This document shows positions 4,463-14,886 of a DNA stretch of 64,000 nt, in pieces. The notes below the pieces were generated by a model. The model did no database searches. It was given only the letters and a program-made list of their open reading frames with translations, and was not told the DNA's origin. The position numbers and the translations under genes are program-made. Origin of the DNA: a virus (taxonomy: Duplodnaviria; Caudoviricetes); the IMG/VR virus record IMGVR_UViG_3300027608_000010, one strand, 5' to 3'. Positions within the stretch are counted from its first letter, which is position 1; every line of letters begins with the position of its first letter.

Positions 4463-5743
4463 ATGATATTTAATCCCAACGAACACACCGTTGTTTTTCT
4501 TAGCTACGATGAACCCAATTGTGATGAAAATTTTCAACACTTACTGACACTTAGACCAGATGCTCTCAGAGTACATGGTGTCAAGGGTTCTGATACCGCT
4601 CACAAAAAAGTTGCAGAGATATCATTAACTAAGAACGTGATTATAGTCGATGGTGACAATATTGTCAACCGTGATTTCTTCCATACTACTATTGAACTCA
4701 ATGATGATGTTGACCTTAGCACTAGTGTTTTAAGTTTCAGTGGGTTGAACTGTATCAACGGAACAAAATATGGTAACGGTGGCATCAAAGTCTGGCCCAC
4801 TGAACTGATAAAGAACATGCAAACGCATGAAAATAGCCAGAATCTTGAGACCAAAGTAGACTTTCACTTAGAAAATTATCTGCAATTGAATCATGCGGGT
4901 AGTACAGCTATGATTAGCAGTAGCCCAAAACAAGCATGGAGAGCAGGGTTCCGTGATGGTGTCAAACTATGTTTGAACGATAAGGGTGTGATATGCGAAC
5001 TTGATGAGATAGATTGGCGTAACTTTGACAGATTGTGGAACTGGATGCACATAGGGCAAGATGTTGAGAACGGATTATGGGCTATCTATGGTGCTAGGTT
5101 AGGTGTTTATATGACAGTCATCAAACGATTTGATTACACTGAAATAGAAGATTTTGATTACTTAGATAGAATTTTTAATAACGCAATATCATCTGTAAAC
5201 TTGATTGAAAAATGTAATAATTTGGGAAAAGCAATCAATCATATAAAGATAAAAGATATGTTATCGGTTGAACATAGCAAACGATACAAAGAAACAGTTA
5301 GTCCTGTTTATCGTAGCCCTGAACTGTTTTTAAAAGAACCACATAGCAAGGAGTACGACATTGTGTTCATTAGCTATCATGAACCAAACAGTGACTACAA
5401 TTATAAGAAACTATGTGAACGATTCCCGAGAGCAAAAAGAGTTGTTGGGGCAGTTGGATCACATCAAACATATATTCAGGCTGCTAAACTATGCTCAACT
5501 GACTATTTTTGGGTAGTAGATGCTAACGCAGAGATAGTAGATGATTTCAATTTTGATTATGTTGTTTCATTTTATGATATACTTAAAGTTAGGATATGGC
5601 GTGCAAGAAACGTTGTCACTGATATGGTATCCGGTTACGGCGGTGTTAAACTATTGCCAAGAACACCGACTATTAGAATGGACAATATTAAAATTGAGCA
5701 TGTCATGGTCGTCAGTAATATAACTAGAAGTGGTTCACAATGA
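4463..5743 (+). CDS. tandem GT-A-like glycosyltransferase-fold protein (two internal repeats)
   Basis: Two copies of VF(L/I)SY(D/H)EPN...RV.G..GS...VVD(G/A)(D/N) with a DxD-like motif and a YGxGG(I/V)K motif; the second copy ends early; ATG 4463 follows TAAATA. Confidence 0.6.
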   Translation: MIFNPNEHTVVFLSYDEPNCDENFQHLLTLRPDALRVHGVKGSDTAHKKVAEISLTKNVIIVDGDNIVNRDFFHTTIELNDDVDLSTSVLSFSGLNCINGTKYGNGGIKVWPTELIKNMQTHENSQNLETKVDFHLENYLQLNHAGSTAMISSSPKQAWRAGFRDGVKLCLNDKGVICELDEIDWRNFDRLWNWMHIGQDVENGLWAIYGARLGVYMTVIKRFDYTEIEDFDYLDRIFNNAISSVNLIEKCNNLGKAINHIKIKDMLSVEHSKRYKETVSPVYRSPELFLKEPHSKEYDIVFISYHEPNSDYNYKKLCERFPRAKRVVGAVGSHQTYIQAAKLCSTDYFWVVDANAEIVDDFNFDYVVSFYDILKVRIWRARNVVTDMVSGYGGVKLLPRTPTIRMDNIKIEHVMVVSNITRSGSQ

Positions 5744-6714
5744 CAGATTTTACATCAATACCCTGGACCAAGATTGTTAAGTTTGGTCAAGCAACTATGC
5801 TTGATAAGAATCTATTCTCTATCAGTTGGATACTAGGAAGATTCTGTAATTACAAATGTAGTTACTGTTGGCCCTATGCTAACACACAAATACCCGATCA
5901 TCAAGAACTAGAAGTCTATCTAAAGACAATGGACAACATCAGAATGCAAGCCGCCGGTAATGGATACACAAAGTTTCATTGGTCATTCAGTGGTGGTGAA
6001 CCTACAGCATACAAACACTTCTTAGTGTTAGCAGAACGTACATTGTATGATAGTATACACATGACTACTAATCTAAGTCCCGGCATTCAATGGTGGGAAC
6101 GATGGTTGAAGGCAACTGAATTTAGTAGACGCCGTAGTATTACTGCTAGCTTTCACCATGAGTTTGCAGATGAAAAGGAGTTTGGTGATAAGATATTGTT
6201 CTTGAACCAAAATGATGTATTTGTAACAGTCAATCAAGTAATGGTTCCAGAACAGTTTATGAATCTATATATTAGATGTAAGCGATTTAGTGAACGGGGA
6301 ATTAATGTTACATTAAAGCCACAGAGTGACCCAACTGCTAGTAAAGTAGTTGACGGATACACCGAAGATATGATACAATTGATGAGAAGAGGATTCCCGC
6401 AACATGTTAGGGAAGAAGAATTGTTACAAGTAAAATTAATAGACAATGAAGATAAAGTTTGGCACTTAGACCAAGCTGAACGATTCAATGCATTTGGCTT
6501 TAATAAGTTTGAAGGCTGGATGTGTAACAGTGGCTATCAAGGTATTGTTATACGTGAGAATGAAGTTAAACGTAGTTATAGTTGTCATGATCAAAGACTG
6601 GGAACACTAAGTGAGGGGTTTACTATTTTTGATAAGCCTACAATTTGTACTACCCCAAGCTGTGTTAGCAGTGCTGATAGCAAGATACCAAAAATTAAAT
6701 TAGGAAAAATCTAA
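5740..6714 (+). CDS. radical SAM protein with C-terminal twitch/SPASM-like Cys domain
   Basis: CNYKCSYC, FSGGEP, C-terminal CNSG...SC...CTTPSC. Confidence 0.92.
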   Translation: MTDFTSIPWTKIVKFGQATMLDKNLFSISWILGRFCNYKCSYCWPYANTQIPDHQELEVYLKTMDNIRMQAAGNGYTKFHWSFSGGEPTAYKHFLVLAERTLYDSIHMTTNLSPGIQWWERWLKATEFSRRRSITASFHHEFADEKEFGDKILFLNQNDVFVTVNQVMVPEQFMNLYIRCKRFSERGINVTLKPQSDPTASKVVDGYTEDMIQLMRRGFPQHVREEELLQVKLIDNEDKVWHLDQAERFNAFGFNKFEGWMCNSGYQGIVIRENEVKRSYSCHDQRLGTLSEGFTIFDKPTICTTPSCVSSADSKIPKIKLGKI

Positions 6715-8027
6715 TGGGGATGTTAAACACTATTAGAAGTTTTATTCGTAAACAACAAGCACTAAGAGTAATACGAAAAAAGAAAAACTCAAAAGAATTA
6801 TCACCCAAAGATGTAATATGTGCAGTACCTTGGATGCATCTAGCATTTGAACCTGATGGTAAAATTGTACCATGTTGTCTGACTAGTCCTTATAATTATT
6901 ATGCAGGAGATCTCACTACCGAACCAATTGAAAAGATTTGGAATAGCGATAACATGAAGTTGTTACGTAAAGAGATGATGGAAGGTCGTGAACCTAATAT
7001 ATGTTCTACGTGTTTCAACCAAGAAAGAGTTACTGGTGAGAGTTCCCGCATATTTCATAATAACGATTTTAAGAGTGTATTAAAAAACATACCAATCATT
7101 ACTGAAGCCGACGGAACCTGTAACAAAATGGAATTGAAATACTGGGACTTTCGTTTCAGTAATCTATGTAACATGAAGTGTCGTAGTTGTGGCCCAAGAT
7201 TTAGTTCTGCTTGGGTACCCGATGCTAAAAAGCTAGGTTGGATTTCAAATCAAGAAAAAGTTTGGAATATTGAATCCGTTAATAATATGTCAAATTTTGA
7301 TTTCCTAAAAGATCAGGTTAAACATGTTGAACGAGTTTATTTTGCAGGTGGTGAACCCTTAATCATGCCAGAACATTGGCAAATACTTGATATGTTGATT
7401 GAGAATAAGCGCACTGATACATATATTTCATACAATACAAATGCATCTACTCTTACTTATGGCAAAAAGAATGCGTTAGATTATTGGAAGTTATGGAAAC
7501 CCGGTAAGGTTGAAGTTTGGACAAGTATTGATGAGATAGGTGAAAGAGCCGAGCTATTACGTTCAGGAACTGTTTGGCATAAAGTTGAAGATAATTTAAA
7601 ACAAATGGCAGCACTGGACAACATTGTAGTTCGCCCCGGAATCACTGTTGGTGCTTGGAATGTATTCAGACTCCCTGAAATCATTGAGCATTTAGTAAAT
7701 ATAGGTGTAATTACTAGTAAGCACAATCATCAAAATTTCTTTATCAATCTATTACAGTTTCCAGAACACTATCATGTAAGTATTCTTCCGGATCATTTCC
7801 GCAAAACAACATTAGGAAAATTGAAGACTTTCATTAAAGAGTTTAATGCAAAACATAAAACATCTATCGACAACCGTTTCACTCATATCATACACGAATT
7901 AGAAAAACCTCATAGTATGAAAAATCGTTTGAAATTTATAGTAATTTCTAACAGTATAGATAAAGTAAGAGAAGAAAATATATTCAACATGATACCAGAA
8001 CTTCAAATTTTAAAGGAACTAAAATGA
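6714..8027 (+). CDS. radical SAM protein with N-terminal twitch/SPASM domain
   Basis: CAVPW...PCC...CSTC, then CNMKCRSC and FAGGEP. Confidence 0.92.
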   Translation: MGMLNTIRSFIRKQQALRVIRKKKNSKELSPKDVICAVPWMHLAFEPDGKIVPCCLTSPYNYYAGDLTTEPIEKIWNSDNMKLLRKEMMEGREPNICSTCFNQERVTGESSRIFHNNDFKSVLKNIPIITEADGTCNKMELKYWDFRFSNLCNMKCRSCGPRFSSAWVPDAKKLGWISNQEKVWNIESVNNMSNFDFLKDQVKHVERVYFAGGEPLIMPEHWQILDMLIENKRTDTYISYNTNASTLTYGKKNALDYWKLWKPGKVEVWTSIDEIGERAELLRSGTVWHKVEDNLKQMAALDNIVVRPGITVGAWNVFRLPEIIEHLVNIGVITSKHNHQNFFINLLQFPEHYHVSILPDHFRKTTLGKLKTFIKEFNAKHKTSIDNRFTHIIHELEKPHSMKNRLKFIVISNSIDKVREENIFNMIPELQILKELK

Positions 8028-8818
8028 CACAAAGAATTTTAATTATGGGACTACCTGGATCAGGTAAAACTACATTAGCACAAGAATTGCAAAAACAATT
8101 ACAAAATGCTAACAAATTAGTAGGTTGGTTAAATGCTGACGAAATCCGTGAACAGTACAATGACTGGGATTTTTCAGAGTCAGGACGCATTCGCCAAGCA
8201 AAAAGAATGCGTAAATTAGCCGACAAACTTACTGCATATGATTATATGATTGCTGACTTTGTAGCACCATTAGTAGAAATGCGTAATCTATATAAAGCAG
8301 ATTGGACTATTTGGGTAGATACTATCCGTGAAGGTCGTTATGCAGATACCAATGCTATGTTTGTAGAACCCGAAGTATATGATTTCCGTATCACTGAACA
8401 AAATTGTGAGAAATGGGCTGAATTTATTACAGATCACATTGTTGAAAATCGCAGACGTCCTGTTTTTAATTGGAAAAAAGAAACGGTGCAGATGTTGGGG
8501 CGCTGGCAACCATGGCATGATGGACATCGTGCATTATTTGATAAACTGATACAACGTACTGGACAAGTTGTCATACAAATTCGTGATGTACAGGGTTGGC
8601 AAGGCAGTAATCCATTTGAAATTAACCAAGTTACTAAGTTTATTCGTAGAGATTTAGATCCAATATATCAAGGACAATATGAAATACAAGTAGTACCTAA
8701 TATTGTTCACATTGGATGGGGTCGTGGAGTTGGATATACCTCGGGCGAAGAGACATTTGATGATGCTGTTACGGATATTAGTGCTACAAAAATACGCAAG
8801 GAATTAGGCCTTGAATGA
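8024..8818 (+). CDS. adenylyl-sulfate-kinase-like P-loop kinase fused to an HxGH nucleotidyltransferase
   Basis: GLPGSGKT P-loop, LNADEIR, IADFVAP (CysC-like); C-terminal MLGRWQPWHDGH and ISATKIR. Confidence 0.8.
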   Translation: MTQRILIMGLPGSGKTTLAQELQKQLQNANKLVGWLNADEIREQYNDWDFSESGRIRQAKRMRKLADKLTAYDYMIADFVAPLVEMRNLYKADWTIWVDTIREGRYADTNAMFVEPEVYDFRITEQNCEKWAEFITDHIVENRRRPVFNWKKETVQMLGRWQPWHDGHRALFDKLIQRTGQVVIQIRDVQGWQGSNPFEINQVTKFIRRDLDPIYQGQYEIQVVPNIVHIGWGRGVGYTSGEETFDDAVTDISATKIRKELGLE

Positions 8819-8859
8819 CAATAAGATACACTGAGAAAAACATCTGATAAGTAATTAAT

Positions 8860-9483
8860 ATGAAAATTGATACTGAACATTTACATTTTTGGATGCAGGC
8901 TATACGCCAAAGTCCTGATCCCATGCGTACACTTGATGGATTTTGGAGTGGGCAACTCAAAAGTAAAGAATGGTTAATTGAAAAATTAGAACCATATGTT
9001 CATAAGCCATCTTTCATTGAGATACACGGTGGCTGGTTAGGAATATTATCTAGTATGATATTCCAAAGTAATATTCCAGTAACTCAAATTTGGAGTACTG
9101 ATATTGATCCGGCATGTGAACCAATAGCATCAATGATGAACAAACAAGAAGAAATGGTCGGTAGATTCAAAGCTATTACCGCAGACATGTGCCATCTTTC
9201 TTATTTGCGTCAACAAGAAAACGAATGGTCTGTAGGTGACATAATTATTAACACTAGTTGCGAACATTTAACACAAGCACAATATGATTTTTGGTTGACT
9301 CAATTGCCTAAAACAGCATTGGTAGTAGTGCAGAGTAACAACTATGATCTACCAGAACATGTTCGTACCGCAAAAACATTAGCAGAATTTAAAGAACAAA
9401 GTAAGATGAATGCAATGTGGTCTGGTTCACTAACAACACCACTATATGAACGTTGGATGATTATAGGATATAAGAATGTTTAG
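8860..9483 (+). CDS. class I SAM-dependent methyltransferase-like protein
   Basis: IEIHGGWLG motif I, WSTDIDP, ITADM, IINTSCEH. Confidence 0.6.
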   Translation: MKIDTEHLHFWMQAIRQSPDPMRTLDGFWSGQLKSKEWLIEKLEPYVHKPSFIEIHGGWLGILSSMIFQSNIPVTQIWSTDIDPACEPIASMMNKQEEMVGRFKAITADMCHLSYLRQQENEWSVGDIIINTSCEHLTQAQYDFWLTQLPKTALVVVQSNNYDLPEHVRTAKTLAEFKEQSKMNAMWSGSLTTPLYERWMIIGYKNV

Positions 9484-10567
9484 TTTTGATGAGTTGTCAA
9501 TAATACATATTGAAATTTCAAATAGGTGTCAGGCCTCCTGTCCTATGTGCCCTAGAAATATTCACGGGGGCATTACTAATCCTCTATTACCCATCAATGA
9601 TTGGAAAATAGATGATTTTGTAAATATATTTTCTAAGGAAATACTAGAACAAGTTAATACGGTTAATTTCTGTGGTAACTTTGGGGATCCATTGATGAAC
9701 AATGATCTGATTAAGATGTGTGAATACTTAAAAACTAATGCCCCAAATATAGAAGTATTGATTCACACAAATGGTAGCATGAGGTCTACCATTTGGTGGA
9801 AAACATTGTATCAATCATTACCAAATAAACATAATGTGATTTTTGCCTTAGATGGATTAGAGGATACACATCATTTATACCGCATGAATACCGATTACAA
9901 TCTGATCATCAAAAATGCTAAAACTTTTATTGCTGAAGGTGGAAACGCTGAATGGTGTTTCATTAGATTCAAACATAATGAACATCAGGTTAATGATGTT
10001 GAACAATTATCCAAAGAATTGGGGTTTAAGAAATTCACATTGAAAAACAGTAGACGAATAGGTAAGGGGCAATTGTTTCCAGTAGTTGACTCCTTAGGTA
10101 AAGTTTTATATAACATTGAAACTCCTACTGATAGCGTGATTAAATTTGTTGGTAAAAAAGAATTATCAGGGCATCAACAATGGGAAGATGCCGACAACAT
10201 AAATTGCCTAGCAATTACACACAAAGAATTGTACATTGATGCTCATTATCAACTTAGTCCTTGCTGTATGATAGGAGCGTTCTTGTATACAAATTATGAT
10301 ATTGATTTTCTTAAAAAATTTAACTTGTATCAAGAAGATTCCGTAATTGAGGAGGGTATAAAAATAAAAAATCAAGTATTAGAGTTTCCTCGTCTTAATG
10401 TGTTAGATACGGGTTTAAAGAATATCATTAATACTGAACAATGGCAAACAATGTGGCAGAAAAAATGGAAGGATCGATCAAGTTCTACTTGTATTATAAT
10501 GTGCGGATCATCTAGCCCGTACCTTGGTGTAGATGAACAACGAATTAAGATAAAAACCAATGTTTAA
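9476..10567 (+). CDS. radical SAM/SPASM-like protein (paralog of 10560-11618)
   Basis: CQASCPMC, FCGNFGDP, FALDGLEDTHHLYR, C-terminal SPCC...CIIMC. Confidence 0.92.
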   Translation: MFSFDELSIIHIEISNRCQASCPMCPRNIHGGITNPLLPINDWKIDDFVNIFSKEILEQVNTVNFCGNFGDPLMNNDLIKMCEYLKTNAPNIEVLIHTNGSMRSTIWWKTLYQSLPNKHNVIFALDGLEDTHHLYRMNTDYNLIIKNAKTFIAEGGNAEWCFIRFKHNEHQVNDVEQLSKELGFKKFTLKNSRRIGKGQLFPVVDSLGKVLYNIETPTDSVIKFVGKKELSGHQQWEDADNINCLAITHKELYIDAHYQLSPCCMIGAFLYTNYDIDFLKKFNLYQEDSVIEEGIKIKNQVLEFPRLNVLDTGLKNIINTEQWQTMWQKKWKDRSSSTCIIMCGSSSPYLGVDEQRIKIKTNV

Positions 10568-11618
10568 GTTTAATGTATTAAATCAGTTACATTTAGAAAT
10601 AACCAATAACTGCCAAGCCAGTTGTCCCATGTGTAATAGAAACATTAACGGTGGATTAGATAATCCACTAATCAAAATACAAAATTGGTCTTTGGAAGAT
10701 TTTAAATCCATCATGTCCTTAGAGATACTTCATCAAATTAAAAGTTATTACTTTTGTGGTAACTTTGGTGATCCTATGATGAATAACGACTTAATTGAAA
10801 TGTGTAGTTATTCTAAAACCGTAGCGCCTGAGGTTCATATAAGTATTCACACTAACGGTGGCGCTAGGACTACACAATGGTGGAGTGAATTGGCTATTTC
10901 TCTTCCAAATAATCACAATGTTGTATTTGCCTTAGATGGATTAGAGGATACACACCATTTGTATAGAATCAATACAAAATATGAAACAGTGATTAAAAAT
11001 GCCAAAGCATTCATTGCCGCTGGAGGAATAGCTGAATGGGTATTCATTAGATTCAAACACAATGAGCATCAAGTAGAGAATGCAAGACAGCTTGCAAATG
11101 AAATGGGGTTTTCTAAATTTACTATTAAGAATAGCAGTCGATTTATTTTAGAACCACAAGTTAAGGTAATGAATCGTGATGGAACTTTATCTCATTATAT
11201 AGAACCTGCATCAGATACTCCTTTAAAATTCATTGACAGGAAAACTATAGATTCGTATAAAGACGTATTAGAGCATTCAAAAATAGAATGTAGAGTACAA
11301 AAAAACAAAGAAGTGTATATTGATGCTTATAAAAATTTATATCCATGTTGTTGGGTGTCAAGTGTCCCTTATAGTCACATTCCAAAAGATGGTGCTTCTA
11401 CTGTTAGGACGCATATGTTAGAACAACACCATGAACTAATGAGTAAATTAGGAGATACCAATACGCTTATTCGTTCTGTAAAAGAAATCATAGAAAGTAA
11501 TGAATATCAAAACGTTTGGGATAATTATTGGAACACTAATAAATTAATAGTGTGTGCGAGGACATGTGGGGTGAACACCTCGTTTGCTAAACCTATGGAT
11601 CAAATTGTAAATGAGTGA
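10560..11618 (+). CDS. radical SAM/SPASM-like protein (paralog of 9476-10567)
   Basis: CQASCPMC, FCGNFGDP, YPCC...CARTC. Confidence 0.92.
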   Translation: MFKFNVLNQLHLEITNNCQASCPMCNRNINGGLDNPLIKIQNWSLEDFKSIMSLEILHQIKSYYFCGNFGDPMMNNDLIEMCSYSKTVAPEVHISIHTNGGARTTQWWSELAISLPNNHNVVFALDGLEDTHHLYRINTKYETVIKNAKAFIAAGGIAEWVFIRFKHNEHQVENARQLANEMGFSKFTIKNSSRFILEPQVKVMNRDGTLSHYIEPASDTPLKFIDRKTIDSYKDVLEHSKIECRVQKNKEVYIDAYKNLYPCCWVSSVPYSHIPKDGASTVRTHMLEQHHELMSKLGDTNTLIRSVKEIIESNEYQNVWDNYWNTNKLIVCARTCGVNTSFAKPMDQIVNE

Positions 11619-12996
11619 AAAAATAAAAAATTATATTAAATTAATAGAAGAACGTACAGGATCTCCTACGTTTTGTGCTTTACCCTGGATTCACTTAGCT
11701 ACTCGACCCAACGGTGACGCTAGACTATGTTGTGTTACTAATGCAAGTGGTGCAAGTACAGGAGATCACACTGTGGGTCTGGTGAAGAAAGAGAACGGCA
11801 AACCTGCCAACTTTGGACGTGAAACCCCATTGGAATCATTCAACAATGAATACATGCGTGATGTGCGATTAACTATGCTAGACGGAAAGATTCCTGCTAG
11901 TTGTACTAAATGCTTTGAAGAAGAATCGAACGGCGTAGTAAGTAAACGTCTATGGGAAATGTATGAGTGGAATCGTGATGGTTTAGATTTTAATAAACTC
12001 ATTGATGAGACTGATGAGACTGGTAAAGTGCCACCTATCATTCGTTACTTAGACTTGCGATTAGGACATACATGCAATCTAAAGTGCGTGATGTGTAGCC
12101 CGCATGATAGTAGCAAATGGTTGCAAGACTATGATAAGTTAATAGCTAAAACAAAAAGCACTATAGTTATCAAACAAGTAGAGTTTGACAAGTCTGAATT
12201 CAATAATACTTGGTATGAAAAGCCAGAATTCTGGGACGATATCTTTGAGCAGATTCCAAACATCACACAACTATACTTTGCCGGCGGTGAACCACTAATG
12301 ATTAAAGAACATCGTAGATTCTTGAATGAGATAATCAAGCGAGGATATGCTAAAAATATAAATCTACGTTACAATAGCAATGGCATATTTGTTAATGAAG
12401 ATATCATTAATGTTTGGAGTCAATTCAAACAAGTTAGATATGCATTTAGTATTGATGGAATTTTTGACCGTAATCATTATATTCGGTTTCCCACTAATTG
12501 GGAAGACATTGAACGTAGTTTATGGTTAATGGATTCGGCACCGGACAATATACATTGTGCTATTGCATGTGCAGTGCAAGTGTTTAACGTTAAACATATC
12601 ATTGACTTTGCTAAATGGAAACTATCACAGGGTTTTAAGAAAATCAATAAATTTAAACTAGACGAGTATGAAACCGGTGGCGGAATTATTAATCTACACT
12701 TACTGTATATCCCTACCTTCTTAAGTGCTAGGATTCTACCACAAGAAGATAAAGAGCAGTTAGTAAGAGACTTTGCAGAGTTTAAACAATGGTTATGGGA
12801 TAACTACAGACAAGATGATAACTTCTGGCATGACAATCCCTATGGATGGAAGCGTTGGGAAGGTATCTTAAAATTTATAATGGCCGAAAACCATACTCAT
12901 TTACTTCCTGACTTTAAAGAATATGTAAATAACTTAGATAACATACGAACAACTGATGCAAAAACAATTTTCCCCGAACTAGTAAACATATTATGA
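11611..12996 (+). CDS. radical SAM protein with N-terminal twitch/SPASM domain
   Basis: CALPW...LCC...CTKC, then CNLKCVMC and FAGGEP. Confidence 0.92.
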   Translation: MSEKIKNYIKLIEERTGSPTFCALPWIHLATRPNGDARLCCVTNASGASTGDHTVGLVKKENGKPANFGRETPLESFNNEYMRDVRLTMLDGKIPASCTKCFEEESNGVVSKRLWEMYEWNRDGLDFNKLIDETDETGKVPPIIRYLDLRLGHTCNLKCVMCSPHDSSKWLQDYDKLIAKTKSTIVIKQVEFDKSEFNNTWYEKPEFWDDIFEQIPNITQLYFAGGEPLMIKEHRRFLNEIIKRGYAKNINLRYNSNGIFVNEDIINVWSQFKQVRYAFSIDGIFDRNHYIRFPTNWEDIERSLWLMDSAPDNIHCAIACAVQVFNVKHIIDFAKWKLSQGFKKINKFKLDEYETGGGIINLHLLYIPTFLSARILPQEDKEQLVRDFAEFKQWLWDNYRQDDNFWHDNPYGWKRWEGILKFIMAENHTHLLPDFKEYVNNLDNIRTTDAKTIFPELVNIL

Positions 12997-13997
12997 AAAA
13001 ATTCCCTATAAAAATTATATCTACACTAGAACCCAATGTTCTTCAAGTAAGATTTATACCCACAGATATTTGTAACTATAGTTGCTCATACTGTTTCCCC
13101 GGTTCAGGTAACGTCGGTAAGTATAGATATCCAAAAAACGTTGAAACTATAATTAAGAATTTTCGAATTCTATTTGATGCTTATACTAAAAATCTCAATA
13201 AGACACAATTTCATTTGTTTTTTACCGGTGGGGGAGAACCCACAATGTGGCCTCATATTGAAAGATTTTGTGAAGGAATAAAAGAGAAGCATGATGTTAG
13301 ATTAACTGCAATTACGAATGGCTCAAGAACCATTAGATGGTGGGAAGAAAATTCTAAATTCTTTGATGCAGTGAATATAAGTGTTCACCATGAATTTGCT
13401 GATATTGACCATGTCATTAATGTAGCAGATATGTTACATGGTAGAGGAGTTAAAATGCTTGGCTTAATGTTAATGGATGCTCAACATTGGGATAAATGTG
13501 TTTCACTAGTCGAAAAAATGAAAGATAGCAAGTATCCCTGGATGATTCAGACAAAAGAAATTATTGATGCACCTCTCAGAGGAATGGATGCATACAATGA
13601 AGAACAAATTGCATACGTAAATGCTAGTCTCAAGCGTGTTCCGGATTCTGATTGGATCATTAAAAATTATGATATTCTTAGACCATATGAGAGTGTAGTA
13701 ATGTTCAATGACGATACCTCTTTCCCAGCAAGAGCGCATTCTATTATTGTTAATCGGTGGAACGATTTTGAAGGTTGGAAGTGCAATGTAGCACTAGAAA
13801 CATTATTAATCAATGCTGACGGGTCTGCAACCGGGTCATGTCAAGAACCTGTATTCGGAGATAATATTCCAAATGTATTTTCAGAAACATTTGAACAAGA
13901 CTTTGCACCTATCATTGATTTCAAACCAATCATTTGTCCAAGAAAAACATGCGGATGCCAACCCGAAACACACGTTACGAAATCTTTAGTTTTGTAA
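12993..13997 (+). CDS. radical SAM protein with C-terminal twitch-like domain
   Basis: CNYSCSYC, FTGGGEP, C-terminal CNV...SC...CPRKTCGC. Confidence 0.92.
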   Translation: MKKFPIKIISTLEPNVLQVRFIPTDICNYSCSYCFPGSGNVGKYRYPKNVETIIKNFRILFDAYTKNLNKTQFHLFFTGGGEPTMWPHIERFCEGIKEKHDVRLTAITNGSRTIRWWEENSKFFDAVNISVHHEFADIDHVINVADMLHGRGVKMLGLMLMDAQHWDKCVSLVEKMKDSKYPWMIQTKEIIDAPLRGMDAYNEEQIAYVNASLKRVPDSDWIIKNYDILRPYESVVMFNDDTSFPARAHSIIVNRWNDFEGWKCNVALETLLINADGSATGSCQEPVFGDNIPNVFSETFEQDFAPIIDFKPIICPRKTCGCQPETHVTKSLVL

Positions 13998-14886
13998 TAG
14001 GTATATCAGCAGCGCAAGTACAGAAGTTTCTGTCACACGTGACAGGTTTTGTTGGACTAACAAAGTTACTGTTATATATGTTGCCTAGACTTCCACCTAC
14101 TCTACACGTGGCTCTGTGAACGTCCCCATCCCAGTTAATCATTAGGCTTTCTAGTCCGGCATTGCATGACCAATCTTTGTATTGGTTCATGTGAAGTTTG
14201 ATAACATCATTAGAATGCATTATTGTATCAACATCAATCAAACAATTGCCTTGAACTGTAGCTTCTTGTTCTTTAATCCAATCTAAGTCTTCAGGTGTAT
14301 ATCGCAGGTCATCAAACAAATCAGGATCACCCTCTGTCCAGCGTATTCTTCTGATTGCATAAGGGATGTACCATACTTTACACTTTACAACAATATCTCT
14401 AACTTCGTTCATTTTATTATGTAGGGCCATTATGTTAACCATCAACTTATCTTTAACTTCAATGACACTGGCTATAGTATCTAATATTTTGCTGTAGTCA
14501 TATTCAAAATGGATGCTAAAAACATAATGATCAACACGTTGTTTTGTGTACCAGGCCGCTGTTCTAGTCCCATTAGTTGTTACACTAATCCAACTAACTC
14601 CTGCATCTCTACAGTATTCTATAAGTTCCGAGAAATTAGGATGTACTGTTGGCTCTCCGCCGGTGAAGCTGAGGCGTATGGGTTTATCTAACATCTTTAA
14701 CTTGTCTACCGTTGCTTTGAGTATTGCTATATCAGTGTGTGGACTACTGTTATCATGTATACTACTTGGGCAATAACTACAATCATAGTTACAGCGTTTG
14801 CCTAGATTCCATTCAATCTTAATAGAATCTTGATGTGGCCAGCGACTTGTTATTTTATACATAAATTTTAAACTCCGGGGTAACAT
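13975..14886 (-). CDS. radical SAM protein with C-terminal twitch-like domain
   Basis: CNYDCSYC, FTGGEP, CNAG...TC...CDRNFCTC. Confidence 0.92.
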   Translation of the reverse strand: MLPRSLKFMYKITSRWPHQDSIKIEWNLGKRCNYDCSYCPSSIHDNSSPHTDIAILKATVDKLKMLDKPIRLSFTGGEPTVHPNFSELIEYCRDAGVSWISVTTNGTRTAAWYTKQRVDHYVFSIHFEYDYSKILDTIASVIEVKDKLMVNIMALHNKMNEVRDIVVKCKVWYIPYAIRRIRWTEGDPDLFDDLRYTPEDLDWIKEQEATVQGNCLIDVDTIMHSNDVIKLHMNQYKDWSCNAGLESLMINWDGDVHRATCRVGGSLGNIYNSNFVSPTKPVTCDRNFCTCAADIPITKLKIS

